A DNA stretch of 25,199 nucleotides from a virus (Duplodnaviria > Caudoviricetes), in IMG/VR virus record IMGVR_UViG_3300013767_000194, positions 1 to 25,199 of that record; one strand, written 5' to 3'. The notes under the pieces are model-generated. The model worked only from the letters and a program-made list of their open reading frames with translations. It ran no database searches and had not been told where the DNA came from. The position numbers were made by a program, and so were the translations under genes. This document shows positions 8,204 to 18,172 of the stretch, one piece after another. How positions within the stretch are numbered: the first letter of the stretch is position 1; every line of letters begins with the position of its first letter.

Positions 8204-8322
8204 TTGCTGAAGTCACGCACTTCTACCGCTGGGGGCCAGAGGATGCGTGGCGGTTGAACCTGTCTCGTTTGCAGTGGTGGAACGAACAGGCTGTGCGAAT
8301 AAAAAAGCTGATGGAGCAATAA
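7919..8322 (+). CDS. Tail assembly chaperone, long form by programmed -1 frameshift at 8164-8170 (about 134 aa)
   Basis: In-frame slippery heptamer G GGT TTT. The -1 frame reads YRRWPDGCGSVVAEVTHFYRWGPEDAWRLNLSRLQWWNEQAVRIKKLMEQ and stops at TAA 8320-8322, abutting the tape-measure ATG. Confidence 0.88.
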
Positions 8323-10218
8323 ATGGCGGCGGCATCGACGTTCTCAGTAACGATCAGCGCAGTCGACAAGGCTACTGCCTCGATTCGCAAGATCAAGGCG
8401 TCGATTGCCAACGTCACCAAGCCGGCCACCGACCTCAAGGCGTCATTCTCGTCTTTGGGGAAGGAAGCCGGGCTAGACCGCGTAGCCAAGGGCGTGAAGT
8501 CCATCGGCAACGCAGCGCAGAGCGCCGCGCGGCATGTGGCCTCCATGGTTCCGGCGCTTGGCGCCGTGGCCGGCATTGCATCGGCGGCTGGCATTGCTGC
8601 GCTCGCCACCGAGTTTGGTCGTGCTGGAGCGGAGATCAAGCGCACGTCGGCGGTGCTCGGCGTGTCGACCAGCGATCTTCAGGCATACCGAGGCGCCGCC
8701 AAGCTCGCCGGCCTGTCGGCTGAAGATCTGACTGGTGGTTTGAAGTCGCTCGGAACGACGATCGAGGATGCCACATTCGGTCGTAATCAGGATGCGCTCG
8801 TCCTGATGCATAAATTCGGCATCAGCCTTCACAAGACGAAGGACGGCGCTGTCGACGCCACGCGCGCGCTGAAGGACGTCTCTGACGCCATCGTCGCGCA
8901 GAAGGGCAACGTCCAGGCGCAATCTCTAATCGCCCGAGCATTCGGCGTTGAATCGCTGCTTCCGCTGCTGCAGAAGGGCAAGATTGGCATCGAGGAACTC
9001 GTAGCGGAGGCCCGCAAGATGGGCCTGGTCCTGAGCGACGCGCAACTCGACAAGGGCGAGAAGTTCAACAAGAACCTGCTCAAGCTAGAGGCTTCCGCGA
9101 CAAGGCTCAAGAATGCCTTTGGCGACTCCATGGCGCCAGCCGTTGAGCGCGTCATCAACGCCGTTGCCCGTCTTGTCGACAAATATGGCGACGTCGCAGC
9201 GACGAAAGTTGCCGAGTACGTCGAGCGGTTCGCTGTGTGGCTCGATCACGTCGATTGGGAAAAAACGGCTGATTCCGTGTCGAAGTTTGTCGATTCGATT
9301 GGTGGCGTCAAGGGCGTCGCCATCGCTATTGCGGCGATCTCATTCGCAGGGCCGATTGCCGGTGTGCTCAGCCTGATTTCGAATCTGACGTTGCTGACGG
9401 CAACCGTAGCCCCGGCTGCGATTCGGGCATTGGCCGGCATTGGCACGGCGAGTGCCGGCGCGGCGGCGGGTGGTGCTGCTGCCGCTGGTGGCGGCGCGGC
9501 GGCCGCGGCAGGCGGCGGACTACTGGCCACGCTCGGTCGATTTCTCGTCAACCCGCTGACGGTCGGTGCATACCTTGGCCTGCGATCCGGTGATCTGAAT
9601 TCCGGCGAGGATGCCGAGCTTGCCCGCCGCCGCGGCGGTGCCTCTGGTCAGCCTGGCGCAACCGACGCGGTTGCGTTCTTCCAGGCAAAGGGGTGGACGA
9701 AGGAGCAGGCGACCGGGATCGTTGCGAATCTTCGGCAGGAAAGCCAGATGAATCCCGCCGCCGTTGGTGACAACGGCGCCGCATACGGGGTTGCGCAATG
9801 GCATAAAGACCGCCAAGACAACTTCGCAAAGTTCGCCGGCAAGGACATCCGCCAGTCTAGCCTGTCAGAGCAACTGGCTTTCGTCGACCACGAACTTAGG
9901 AACGGCACCGAGCAGAATGCGGGCAGAAAGCTGGCGGCAGCGAAGACTGCGCAGGAGGCTGGTGAAGTAGTTTCCCGCCTGTATGAGCGTCCGGCGAACG
10001 CTGATACCGAGGCTGCGCGCCGAGCCCAAGGTGCCGGATCGATTGTCGCGGCGAATCAGCCCGGCGCAATTGGTGCGGCCGCCGATGCCGGAAAGGTGCA
10101 GGTCGAAGTGGTGTTCGCAAACGCCCCGGCAGGCACAAAGACCTCGCTCAAGACATCGGGAAATGTGACCGCATCCGTTCGGATCGGTAACGCCAACGTA
10201 ACAGGGCCGTCCGTATGA
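8323..10218 (+). CDS. Tape measure protein with C-terminal phage tail lysozyme domain
   Basis: Ala-rich helical N-terminus (I.AVDKAT), a Gly/Ala linker, then GW...QA.GIVANL.QES...GD.G.AYG.AQW...R...QL.F..HEL...YERP. Confidence 0.9.
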   Translation: MAAASTFSVTISAVDKATASIRKIKASIANVTKPATDLKASFSSLGKEAGLDRVAKGVKSIGNAAQSAARHVASMVPALGAVAGIASAAGIAALATEFGRAGAEIKRTSAVLGVSTSDLQAYRGAAKLAGLSAEDLTGGLKSLGTTIEDATFGRNQDALVLMHKFGISLHKTKDGAVDATRALKDVSDAIVAQKGNVQAQSLIARAFGVESLLPLLQKGKIGIEELVAEARKMGLVLSDAQLDKGEKFNKNLLKLEASATRLKNAFGDSMAPAVERVINAVARLVDKYGDVAATKVAEYVERFAVWLDHVDWEKTADSVSKFVDSIGGVKGVAIAIAAISFAGPIAGVLSLISNLTLLTATVAPAAIRALAGIGTASAGAAAGGAAAAGGGAAAAAGGGLLATLGRFLVNPLTVGAYLGLRSGDLNSGEDAELARRRGGASGQPGATDAVAFFQAKGWTKEQATGIVANLRQESQMNPAAVGDNGAAYGVAQWHKDRQDNFAKFAGKDIRQSSLSEQLAFVDHELRNGTEQNAGRKLAAAKTAQEAGEVVSRLYERPANADTEAARRAQGAGSIVAANQPGAIGAAADAGKVQVEVVFANAPAGTKTSLKTSGNVTASVRIGNANVTGPSV

Positions 10219-11660
10219 GCATTTCAGCAAAAATCGGCGACGCCGTCGGCAGCATTGGCGGCGTAGCTCAGGCGGCGAGTGACCTTGCGAGGCTGTTCAA
10301 TGGCGGGAGTGACTACTGGAGCAAGCTACGCCAGGCAAGCTACAACGGCGTGCCATTCGCTGTGCTCGACGAAAGCGGCACTTTCGGTCGGCGCTCCGTG
10401 GTTCATGAGTACCCGAACAAGGAAACGCGGCCGTGGGTCGAAGACATGGGGATTCAGACCAGCGTCTTGCGTATCAATGGCTTCCTTGTCGAGAACAGCC
10501 TGGTATATGGTGGCGGATCGGTGTTCTCCCAAAGAGCAAAGCTTCTCACCGAGCTTTGGAAGAATGGCAATGACGGACTAGGGACTCTTGTTCACCCCAC
10601 CTGGGGGCAGATCAAGGTCAACGTCATGGGAGCGGAATTCGGCACCTCATGGGACCGTGGCCGCGTCGTAGAGGTCCGTTTTGCCTTCGTCATGGGGGGT
10701 GAGCGGCAGTATCCGAAGGCCAAGAAGCCGACTACAAGCGCCGTTGCGGGTGCGGCGGCCGGCGTCAATTCTGCGTCGCTGCTCAGCTTTATCAAGGGTA
10801 TCGCGTCTGCGGTTCTCAAGGGCGCCGCAGTAATTCAGTCGGCAGTCTCGACGGTCGTTGGGTGGTATCAGACGGTCACGACACTGATTCACGACGTCAA
10901 ACGGTTCTGGAATTCCATTTCGACGCTGACTGGAAATTTCGGGCGTCTCTTCGGCGGCGGGAATACCGGCTATGCGGGAACAAACAAGAAAGCGGCCAGC
11001 ACTGCGACGGTCGCAAGCCTGATCTCTGCCGACACAGCGAACCGCGCGGCGGTGGAAACTGCCGGAAGCGCGCTCACTGCGGCGGCGTCCAACGTTGGCA
11101 CCGACCAGACGACGTTCGCGAATGCTGCGCAAGGCGTCGTTACTGCGCTGGCTGCGTCTGCGGCGTCGCCGGCCGACGCGATCCGGTTGCTGTCGAGCCT
11201 TCTGACCTACGCACCTAATCCGGTCGTCGGTTCGTCTCAGGTGGCGCTCGCGCAGACCACGATGCAGAACTGCTGCGCTGATCTGTTGCGGCGCGCGACG
11301 GTGGCTCAGGTCGCAGTGTCGGCAACGTCCTACCAGCCGACATCAGCAAACGACGCCTCGGCGATGCGCGACAGCATAACGGCGCTTCTCGATAACGAGA
11401 TCACGATTGCCGCAAATCAGGGCGAGGACGGCGTTTATACGGCACTCAAGACGCTGCGGCAGTCGGTCGTCGCCGATCTAGATGCGCGCGGCAATGGCCT
11501 GGCGGCGGTAGCGACGTTCAGTTTCGGCAATACGTTGCCCGCGCTCACGCTGGCGAACCGGTTGTATCGCGACGCAACACGAAGCGACGAACTGGTGGCG
11601 CAGGCGAATCCGATTCACCCAGCATTTGTTCCGACGAGCTTCAAAGCACTTTCGAGCTAA
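10215..11660 (+). CDS. Mu gpN-like DNA circularisation / tail protein
   Basis: LRQASYNGVPF, GRR.V.HEYP, VED.G, G.LVHP.WG, and C-terminal PAL.LA.RLY.D..R.DEL....NPIHPAF. Confidence 0.93.
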   Translation: MSISAKIGDAVGSIGGVAQAASDLARLFNGGSDYWSKLRQASYNGVPFAVLDESGTFGRRSVVHEYPNKETRPWVEDMGIQTSVLRINGFLVENSLVYGGGSVFSQRAKLLTELWKNGNDGLGTLVHPTWGQIKVNVMGAEFGTSWDRGRVVEVRFAFVMGGERQYPKAKKPTTSAVAGAAAGVNSASLLSFIKGIASAVLKGAAVIQSAVSTVVGWYQTVTTLIHDVKRFWNSISTLTGNFGRLFGGGNTGYAGTNKKAASTATVASLISADTANRAAVETAGSALTAAASNVGTDQTTFANAAQGVVTALAASAASPADAIRLLSSLLTYAPNPVVGSSQVALAQTTMQNCCADLLRRATVAQVAVSATSYQPTSANDASAMRDSITALLDNEITIAANQGEDGVYTALKTLRQSVVADLDARGNGLAAVATFSFGNTLPALTLANRLYRDATRSDELVAQANPIHPAFVPTSFKALSS

Positions 11661-11663
11661 ACG

Positions 11664-12758
11664 ATGGTAGACGACGGAATCCTTCTCTCGATCGGCAATT
11701 ACATGCTCTCCGGCTGGACGAGCCTGCGCTGCACCCGAGGCATTGAAAGGTTTCCGAGCGACTTCGAACTCGGGATGACCGAGCTATTTCCCGGGCAGGC
11801 CAACGATTTCGTTGTGCAGCCCGGCGATGAATGCCTTCTGGCGATTGGCGGTGACCCGGTGGTGGTCGGTTATGTCGACCGGGTCGTGCCGAGCCTCAAT
11901 GCGAACATGCATGAGATTCGCGTCTCGGGCCGCGGTAGGTGCCAGGATCTGCTCGATTGCGCCGCAGACTGGCAAAACGGCCAGATAAGCAACTGCACGG
12001 TGTTGGATATTGCAACAAAGCTGGCGGCCCCGTACGGCGTCACGGTTTCCTGTGACGTAACTGGGCTGCCGATCATCCCGCAGCAGAACATCATGCTTGG
12101 AGAGACGGCGTACGAGATCATCGAGCGATCTGCGCGATTCAGTGCGCTGCTCGTCTATGAAGATCGCTACGGACATCTCCGACTCGCTCGCGCGTCGGAA
12201 ACCGATGCGATGGCGAGCGGCGTGCAGGAGGGGGTGAATCTGGAGAGCGCGTCGGTAGAGCGCTCGATGGATCAACGCTATTCCGAAGTTCTGGCGGTGA
12301 TGATCGGCACGAACAACCTCCAAGACCTTAACGCGGTGAATGCCCCGGTATTCGCGGCGAAGGACGAGAACGTTCCGCGATTCCGTCGGCGCATCATGAT
12401 CGCGGAGGCTGGGGAACTCGGCTGGGACATCGGTAAGCAGCGCGCCCAATGGGAAGTCGCAAGGCGCCTTGGTCGCTCTGAGGTTGTCAGGCTGTTCGTC
12501 GACAACTGGCGAGACGTTGACGGCAACCTATGGGAGCCGAACAAGCTGATCGATGTGCTGATCCCCTCTCTGAAGGTGTCAGGGGACCAGGGCGGGACGG
12601 TGCCGAAGCGCTATCTCATCGCTGAAGTGACGTATCACCTCGGCCTTGATGGAACGCATGCCGAGCTGACGCTCATGGCGCCAGAAGCGTTCAAGCCTCA
12701 GCCGGTCCTTATCCAGAAGCAATTCGCCGAAGTCATCGGAACAGTCCCGCAACAATGA
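11664..12758 (+). CDS. Baseplate hub protein (Mu gp44/gpP-like)
   Basis: GW......RGIE..P..F, GYVD, V.GR....DL.DC, GET...I.R, W.PN; canonical position. Confidence 0.92.
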   Translation: MVDDGILLSIGNYMLSGWTSLRCTRGIERFPSDFELGMTELFPGQANDFVVQPGDECLLAIGGDPVVVGYVDRVVPSLNANMHEIRVSGRGRCQDLLDCAADWQNGQISNCTVLDIATKLAAPYGVTVSCDVTGLPIIPQQNIMLGETAYEIIERSARFSALLVYEDRYGHLRLARASETDAMASGVQEGVNLESASVERSMDQRYSEVLAVMIGTNNLQDLNAVNAPVFAAKDENVPRFRRRIMIAEAGELGWDIGKQRAQWEVARRLGRSEVVRLFVDNWRDVDGNLWEPNKLIDVLIPSLKVSGDQGGTVPKRYLIAEVTYHLGLDGTHAELTLMAPEAFKPQPVLIQKQFAEVIGTVPQQ

Positions 12759-13354
12759 ACGATCAGCAAGGAATTATTGGGCGCGTCGCGAACCGCGTCC
12801 TGCTTTCGCTCGCGCGCGCCCTGGTGACGACTGTCAACGATGCTGGCGGCGTCCAGATGATGCAGGTGAAACTGAATGCGATCGAGACGCGAGACAACAC
12901 GCCGCGCATACCTGAATTCGGGCTCACGTCGAACCCCCCTGTCGGCTCGGATGCCATTGTCTGCTTCCTCGGCGGCGATCGGTCTAACGGGGTCGTGCTT
13001 GGCACGGTACACCAACCCTCGCGGCCAAAGAACCTCGCGCCCGGCGAGACGATGCTGTACAGCCAGGATGGGAAGTATGTCTATCTGACGGCCTCTGGTG
13101 GAATTTCTGTGTTCGCCAACGGTCAGCCAGTCAACGTCACGGGCGCAACGACGGTGACGATCAATGCAACCACGAAGATTCGCGCAGTTACACCCCGTTT
13201 TGAGTGCACTGGCGACATCGTTGACAACTGCGACACGACAGGCCGAAGCATGGCGGCAGATCGAGTCATTTACGACGGCCACACGCACCCGGTCACGAAC
13301 GTCCAGACGGGCGGCAGCACGATCAATACCAACGCACCGAGCCAAACCGAATGA
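12755..13354 (+). CDS. Baseplate spike protein (Mu gp45 / P2 gpV-like)
   Basis: FG.TS.PP.G, GGDRS.GV, L.PGE..LY, and a C-terminal HxH (GHTH) metal-binding tip motif. Confidence 0.93.
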   Translation: MNDQQGIIGRVANRVLLSLARALVTTVNDAGGVQMMQVKLNAIETRDNTPRIPEFGLTSNPPVGSDAIVCFLGGDRSNGVVLGTVHQPSRPKNLAPGETMLYSQDGKYVYLTASGGISVFANGQPVNVTGATTVTINATTKIRAVTPRFECTGDIVDNCDTTGRSMAADRVIYDGHTHPVTNVQTGGSTINTNAPSQTE

Positions 13355-13797
13355 CCGATACGACTACCACGTGGGATACCGCGAACAGTCGTGGCGACTG
13401 GTCCATGTCCGGCGCGTTGCTGACGACCGGAAACGATCTCCAAACCGCTGTCCTGATATCACTTTTCACAGACAGGATCGCCGAACCGGATGACGTGATT
13501 CCCGACGGCTCAAACGATCCGCGCGGCTGGTGGGGCGACGAGTTCAGCACGGTCAAGATCGGCTCCCGGCTCTGGCTTCTACAGCGAGCCAAACAGACGC
13601 AGGAAACCTTGCAGCGGGCCTATGACTACATCGTCGAGGCGCTGCAATGGATGATCGACGACGGAGTTGTGGCGAAGTTCGATGTCTACGTCGAGTGGAC
13701 GGCGGCGGGAGAGCTTGGCGCAAAGGTCGTTGCATACAAACAGGATGGCTCGACGGTGGCGGACGCCTATACGTGGGCCTGGCAGGGAGTTAGCTAA
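13351..13797 (+). CDS. Baseplate wedge protein (Mu gp46-like)
   Basis: L.TAV.ISLFTDR.A, RGWWGD, GSRLWLL.R.K, EALQW..DDG. Confidence 0.95.
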   Translation: MTDTTTTWDTANSRGDWSMSGALLTTGNDLQTAVLISLFTDRIAEPDDVIPDGSNDPRGWWGDEFSTVKIGSRLWLLQRAKQTQETLQRAYDYIVEALQWMIDDGVVAKFDVYVEWTAAGELGAKVVAYKQDGSTVADAYTWAWQGVS

Positions 13798-14918
13798 TGC
13801 CGTTTTCTAGGCCGCTCTTAACGGATCTGCAGACGCAAGTCGCGTCCGACATCGCGTCCAGCGTGCCGGGTTCCGATCCGCTGCTTCGCATTGCGAACCT
13901 GAGAATCACAGGAAACGTGCAGGCTGGGCTTTCGCATCTCCATTACGGCTATCTCGATTGGATTGCCCAGCAGGCCGTTCCGTGGACGGCTACCGATGAA
14001 TACCTCGAAGCATGGGGTGCTCTGAAGAGCGTCTATCGCAAGCAGGCGACGGCGGCCACTGGAAGTATCACCTTCCCCGGGTCTTCCGGAACAATTTCTG
14101 CGGGAACGACGATCGTTCGCGGCGATGGCGTGACCTATACGGCCAATGCCAACGCAACGGTATCGGGTTCGTCGGTGACGGTCGCTGTCACTGCAACGGC
14201 AGCGGGCTCGGCTGGCAATTGCGCGTCCGGCACGGCCATGACGCTTGGCGCGGCCATTACTGGCATTCAGTCGGGCGGTACGGCCGCAGCGGCATTCACC
14301 GGCGGCGCTGACGTCGAGAACAACACGGCGTTCAGTGCGCGCGTGATTGCGGCGTTCCAAGTGTCGCCGCAAGGCGGGGCGAAGGGTGACTATAAGACTT
14401 GGGCCCTGGCCGTTCCCGGCGTGACGCGTGCATGGGTTGCGCCGAACGGCTTCGGGACCGGGACAGTGGTTGTCTATTTCATGATGGACAACTCGGAGGT
14501 TGCTTTCAACGGATTCCCGCAGGGCGCGAACGGAGTCTCGCAATTCGATCAAGGGCCGGGCGGAGCGCCGCGCGGCACGGTTGCGACAGGCGATCAACTG
14601 TTACTGGCCAACATGATCATCGTGTCGCAACCAGTGACGGCTCTCGTCTACGCGTGCGCGCCAATTCAGAACACGGTCAACTTCACGATCAGCGGCCTGA
14701 CGTCATCTAGCACGACGACGCGCAACGCGATTGCGGCGGCGATTTCTGGCGTGTTTCTCGCGAACGGCGCGCCGGGCGGAACGATCAACCTTTCGGACAT
14801 CGATTCGGCAATCGCCGCGGTTCCGGGCACGGCTGGATTCGTCATCACGTCGCCGACCGGAAACATCACGAACGCGACCGGCAATCTTCCCGTTTTGGGC
14901 ACGGTTACATACACCTGA
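13797..14918 (+). CDS. Baseplate J-like protein (Mu gp47)
   Basis: [29 protein letters not shown]...[13 protein letters not shown]. Confidence 0.95.
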   Translation: MPFSRPLLTDLQTQVASDIASSVPGSDPLLRIANLRITGNVQAGLSHLHYGYLDWIAQQAVPWTATDEYLEAWGALKSVYRKQATAATGSITFPGSSGTISAGTTIVRGDGVTYTANANATVSGSSVTVAVTATAAGSAGNCASGTAMTLGAAITGIQSGGTAAAAFTGGADVENNTAFSARVIAAFQVSPQGGAKGDYKTWALAVPGVTRAWVAPNGFGTGTVVVYFMMDNSEVAFNGFPQGANGVSQFDQGPGGAPRGTVATGDQLLLANMIIVSQPVTALVYACAPIQNTVNFTISGLTSSSTTTRNAIAAAISGVFLANGAPGGTINLSDIDSAIAAVPGTAGFVITSPTGNITNATGNLPVLGTVTYT

Positions 14919-14926
14919 GGTGAGTG

Positions 14927-15523
14927 ATGCTCGCACCAAGTCTCACCTCCGCCGACTACCTGCGCGCGTTTCAGGCGCTCATGCCGCAGGGTCGCGTGTG
15001 GCCTCGCGATTCTGATGCAGTTCAGACACAGGTCTTTGCCGGCCTGAATCAGGTCTATGCCCGGAATACCGCTCGAGCAAATTATCTGCTCGTTGATTCC
15101 TTCCCGGCGACGACGTATGAGTTGCTTCCCGAGTGGGAATCGACACTCGGTCTTCCCGATCCGTGCGCGGGCGAATCACCTACCGTTCAGCAACGGCGAG
15201 CGCAAGTGGTTGCGCGGATCTCGAATAGCGGTGGCCAGTCTGCGGCGTACTACATCGGTTTCGCGGCCAAGCTCGGCTACGGCATCACGGTCACGAATTT
15301 CGCGCCGTTTCGTTGCGGACAAAGCTCATGCGGCCAGCAACTGGGAAATACCGACTGGTTCTTCACCTGGTCGGTCAACGCACCGCTCAACACCGTAGTC
15401 CGCTTCGCAGCCGGCCAGTCAGCGGCAGGCGAACCCCTCGGCAGTTGGAACAACACCGTTCTCCAGTGTGAATTGAACGCAATTGCGCCGGCACACACGG
15501 TTCTTCAGTTCCGATATTCGTAA
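14927..15523 (+). CDS. Baseplate wedge protein (Mu gp48 / YmfQ, DUF2313-like)
   Basis: L.P.GR.W, LLPEWE..LGLPD.C, GG.S..Y.I..A..LGY, L.C.L....PAHT...F.Y. SD GAGGTG favours ATG 14927. Confidence 0.93.
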   Translation: MLAPSLTSADYLRAFQALMPQGRVWPRDSDAVQTQVFAGLNQVYARNTARANYLLVDSFPATTYELLPEWESTLGLPDPCAGESPTVQQRRAQVVARISNSGGQSAAYYIGFAAKLGYGITVTNFAPFRCGQSSCGQQLGNTDWFFTWSVNAPLNTVVRFAAGQSAAGEPLGSWNNTVLQCELNAIAPAHTVLQFRYS

Positions 15524-15531
15524 GGAAATCC

Positions 15532-16884
15532 ATGTACCAGATTGATAACTCGACTGCGGCAACGACGCAGCCGGCGGCGACGGCTGCCGGTACGGCGGGG
15601 TTTTTCACGGACGGCAACCCGGCGACTTCCACGCCTGCGACGATCGTTCCGGCTGAATGGCTCAACGCCGTGATGCTGGAATTGAAGAACGTCGTTACCG
15701 GTGCCGGCCTAGCACTGAGCAAGCCGACATATAACCAAGTTCTATCGGCAATCCAGGCCTTCGTCCAAGCCGGCAAGATGACCGTCGGCACCGATGCCGG
15801 CGCGGCCAACGCCTGCGTTGTCAGCTATTCGCCAGCCATCGCCGCACTGACCGACGGCATGGTGCTTTGGTTCAAGGTTGCCGTAACAAACACGGGCGCG
15901 GCCACCCTCAACGTCAATGGCCTTGGTGCAATACAGATTTGGGGCATGAACAATGCGCCGCTAACTGGCGGTGAGCTTGTCGCAGCGGGCCGCGCGCTTG
16001 TTGTCTTCCGCGCGGATACGAACGTATTTAGCCTGATCGAATGCACGGGCGGAGCACAGCCGGTGGCCCCTGCAGTTTCGAGCCAGCATGCCGCGCAATA
16101 TGGCCAGTTGATCGGCAAGAACCGCGTGATTAACGGGCGGTTCCGCACCAACCAGGGCGGCTATGTCAGCGGCACCGCGCTGGCTGTCGGTGCGTATGGT
16201 TTCGATATGTGGAAGTCGTCCACGGCCAATTCGACGATGACGTTCACGGCTGTGCCGCAAGGTCAGCAAGTAACCATCGTCGGATCGTTTCAGGAAGTCA
16301 TCGAGCAGACGAACATTGAGGCTGGAACCTATACGCTGTCTTGGGCTGGCACCGCGCAAGGCCGCGTGTATAACTCCGGTGCCAGTGCCCCCGCTTATGC
16401 CGCATCGCCGCTAACCGTGACGCTGGACGGCACGCAAAACGTCATTATCGAGTTCAATGCAGGCACGCTTGACCTGGTGCAGCTTGAAGCTGGATCGATA
16501 AAAACGACATTCGAGCGCGTTGATGCCGCATTGGAATTGATGCGTTGCATGCGCTATTTTCAGACCGATACTTTCCATTGTTTGGGTGCGCCTGTTGCGG
16601 CTGGAACGGGTAGTACGACAATTGTCGCTAACCAATCTGCAGTGCAAGGCCAGCGGCCGTTAGCAGTTCCGATGCGTGCTGCCCCGACATTTACGTTTAA
16701 GGATTTGGTAGGAAACGCTAGCGCCTACAGTGTGTTTTCAAATGGGCAATTAAACAACCAAACACCTAGTAACGGCGGTGCAGGTACTGGCGGCAGTGCA
16801 ACATTCGTTGACATGGACGCCACTTTTGCAATATCGACGGTGACATGGTGTCGTTTTGTTTACACCCTCAACGCAAGGCTTTAA
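15532..16884 (+). CDS. Tail fibre protein
   Basis: N-terminal GFFT.GNP....AT...EWLN.V..EL..V...AG anchor, NTGA.TLNVNGLG, NR.ING.F...Q, VQLE.G...T.FE, EL.RC.RYF. Confidence 0.9.
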   Translation: MYQIDNSTAATTQPAATAAGTAGFFTDGNPATSTPATIVPAEWLNAVMLELKNVVTGAGLALSKPTYNQVLSAIQAFVQAGKMTVGTDAGAANACVVSYSPAIAALTDGMVLWFKVAVTNTGAATLNVNGLGAIQIWGMNNAPLTGGELVAAGRALVVFRADTNVFSLIECTGGAQPVAPAVSSQHAAQYGQLIGKNRVINGRFRTNQGGYVSGTALAVGAYGFDMWKSSTANSTMTFTAVPQGQQVTIVGSFQEVIEQTNIEAGTYTLSWAGTAQGRVYNSGASAPAYAASPLTVTLDGTQNVIIEFNAGTLDLVQLEAGSIKTTFERVDAALELMRCMRYFQTDTFHCLGAPVAAGTGSTTIVANQSAVQGQRPLAVPMRAAPTFTFKDLVGNASAYSVFSNGQLNNQTPSNGGAGTGGSATFVDMDATFAISTVTWCRFVYTLNARL

Positions 16885-16887
16885 ACC

Positions 16888-17415
16888 ATGAGCGCAATTT
16901 ATCAACTTGGGCAAAACGGCATCGTCATTCGGCTGTTGGATGGCGCAATCATCCCCAATGATCCGCACAACACTGACTATGCGGCGTACTTGGCGTGGGT
17001 CGCGGCTGGAAACACGGCGAGCCCCGCACCGGCACTGACCCTCGCACAAGCGCAGGCTGCTCAGATCAGCACCGTGACCGCCGCCTGCGCCGCTGCCATC
17101 GTGGCCGGCTTCGCATCCTCGGCGCTTGGCGCTGAGCACAGCTACCCCTCGCAGATGACGGACCAGCAGAACCTGTCCGCCTCGGTGTTGGCCTCGCTTT
17201 TGCCAAACCTGCCGACCGGCTGGACCACTCCGTTCTGGTGCGCAGACACCAACGGCAACTGGAGCTACGCCAGTCACACGGCCGCGCAGATCCAGCAGGC
17301 CGGGCAGGATGGCAAGGCCGCCATCGTCGCGGCCATCCAGAAGAAAGAGGGCCTCGTGGCGCAGATCAACGCGGCCGCCACGGTGACAGCCGTCCAGGCA
17401 ATCAACTGGAACTGA
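16888..17415 (+). CDS. Tail fibre-associated / chaperone protein (DUF4376-like C-terminus)
   Basis: N-terminal IP.D..N.DY..YL.W...GN module, then C...I..GF.S.ALG....Y.S...DQ.NL...HTA.QI...I.AA.T...V.AI.W. Confidence 0.75.
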   Translation: MSAIYQLGQNGIVIRLLDGAIIPNDPHNTDYAAYLAWVAAGNTASPAPALTLAQAQAAQISTVTAACAAAIVAGFASSALGAEHSYPSQMTDQQNLSASVLASLLPNLPTGWTTPFWCADTNGNWSYASHTAAQIQQAGQDGKAAIVAAIQKKEGLVAQINAAATVTAVQAINWN

Positions 17416-17417
17416 CC

Positions 17418-17714
17418 ATGATCCGTGCCAAGCTGTTGATGATTTGGGGGCTTTGCACGGTCACGGCGCCCATTCTCCTGCTGGCAATGGCGTGCCAGGC
17501 CTCGTTCGGTTCCACCTCGCGCGCACTGAGCATGGCAGTGGCGTACGACGAGTGCGGCAATGCGCTGTTCGGCGGGGCACGGGGCGAGACTATCTCGACC
17601 CGAACGGGCAACGCACTGATCCAAGGCCGGCGATGGGCCAAGATCGTCGCGCCCATCATTGATGGCATCTTCGGCCCCGGCCATTGCCTAGCCAACGCAA
17701 CGATCAAGCGGTAA
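17418..17714 (+). CDS. Small phage protein with hydrophobic N-terminus, function unknown
   Basis: ATG 17418, two bases after the upstream stop (track start 17238 is unlikely). D..GNA.FGG...ETIS.R.G...ID..F..GHC is a recurrent phage pattern. Confidence 0.75.
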   Translation: MIRAKLLMIWGLCTVTAPILLLAMACQASFGSTSRALSMAVAYDECGNALFGGARGETISTRTGNALIQGRRWAKIVAPIIDGIFGPGHCLANATIKR

Positions 17715-17735
17715 CTGCAGAAAAACACCAACCAC

Positions 17736-17761
17736 AGCCGCCTACGAACGGCTTTTCCTTT
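17736..17761 (+). terminator. Weakened terminator-like hairpin before the holin
   Basis: AGCCG-CCTACGAA-CGGCT-TTTCCTTT; equals the 7511 hairpin with GG changed to AA in the 3' arm. Confidence 0.5.
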
Positions 17762-17773
17762 CCGGGGTCTCAC

Positions 17774-18172
17774 ATGTCCGAACCAGTCAGCGGCACCGCG
17801 TTTTCCGTAGCCGGCTGGAAACTTCTCGGCGGCGCGGCGGGCGCTGGCGCAATCGGTGCGGGCTTAGCTTCCATCGTCGTCATGTGCATCACTACACCGC
17901 GAAGCCCGCGCGAATGGGCGGTTGGCTTGACCTCGACAGTCGTCGGCTCGATTGCCGGCGGGTCGGCGGTCATCATGAAGTTCGGCCTGCAGTCGTGGGC
18001 TCACGATCCGTTTGGCTTGGTGGCAATGCTCGGGCTGGTGTTCGCCTGCGGGCTGCCTGCCTGGTCGATCGTCCGGTGGGTGTTCAACTGGATCGAGAAA
18101 CGAAAGGACAAGGACCTCGCCGAGGTAGTCCAGGATGCGCGCGACGCGGTGGCGGGAGCGAAGAATGGCTGA
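17774..18172 (+). CDS. Putative holin
   Basis: ATG 17774 (MSEPVSG...). About three hydrophobic segments and a charged C-tail (EKRKDKD); overlaps the endolysin start. Confidence 0.8.
   Translation: MSEPVSGTAFSVAGWKLLGGAAGAGAIGAGLASIVVMCITTPRSPREWAVGLTSTVVGSIAGGSAVIMKFGLQSWAHDPFGLVAMLGLVFACGLPAWSIVRWVFNWIEKRKDKDLAEVVQDARDAVAGAKNG

Noticed and set aside
6010-16884. Tailocin or other contractile injection system rather than a phage
   Set aside because: Capsid, protease, decoration and head-tail joining genes are in the same operon.
15532-17415. Diversity-generating retroelement target or invertible tail-fibre cassette
   Set aside because: No reverse transcriptase, template repeat, invertase or inverted second fibre end seen in the window.
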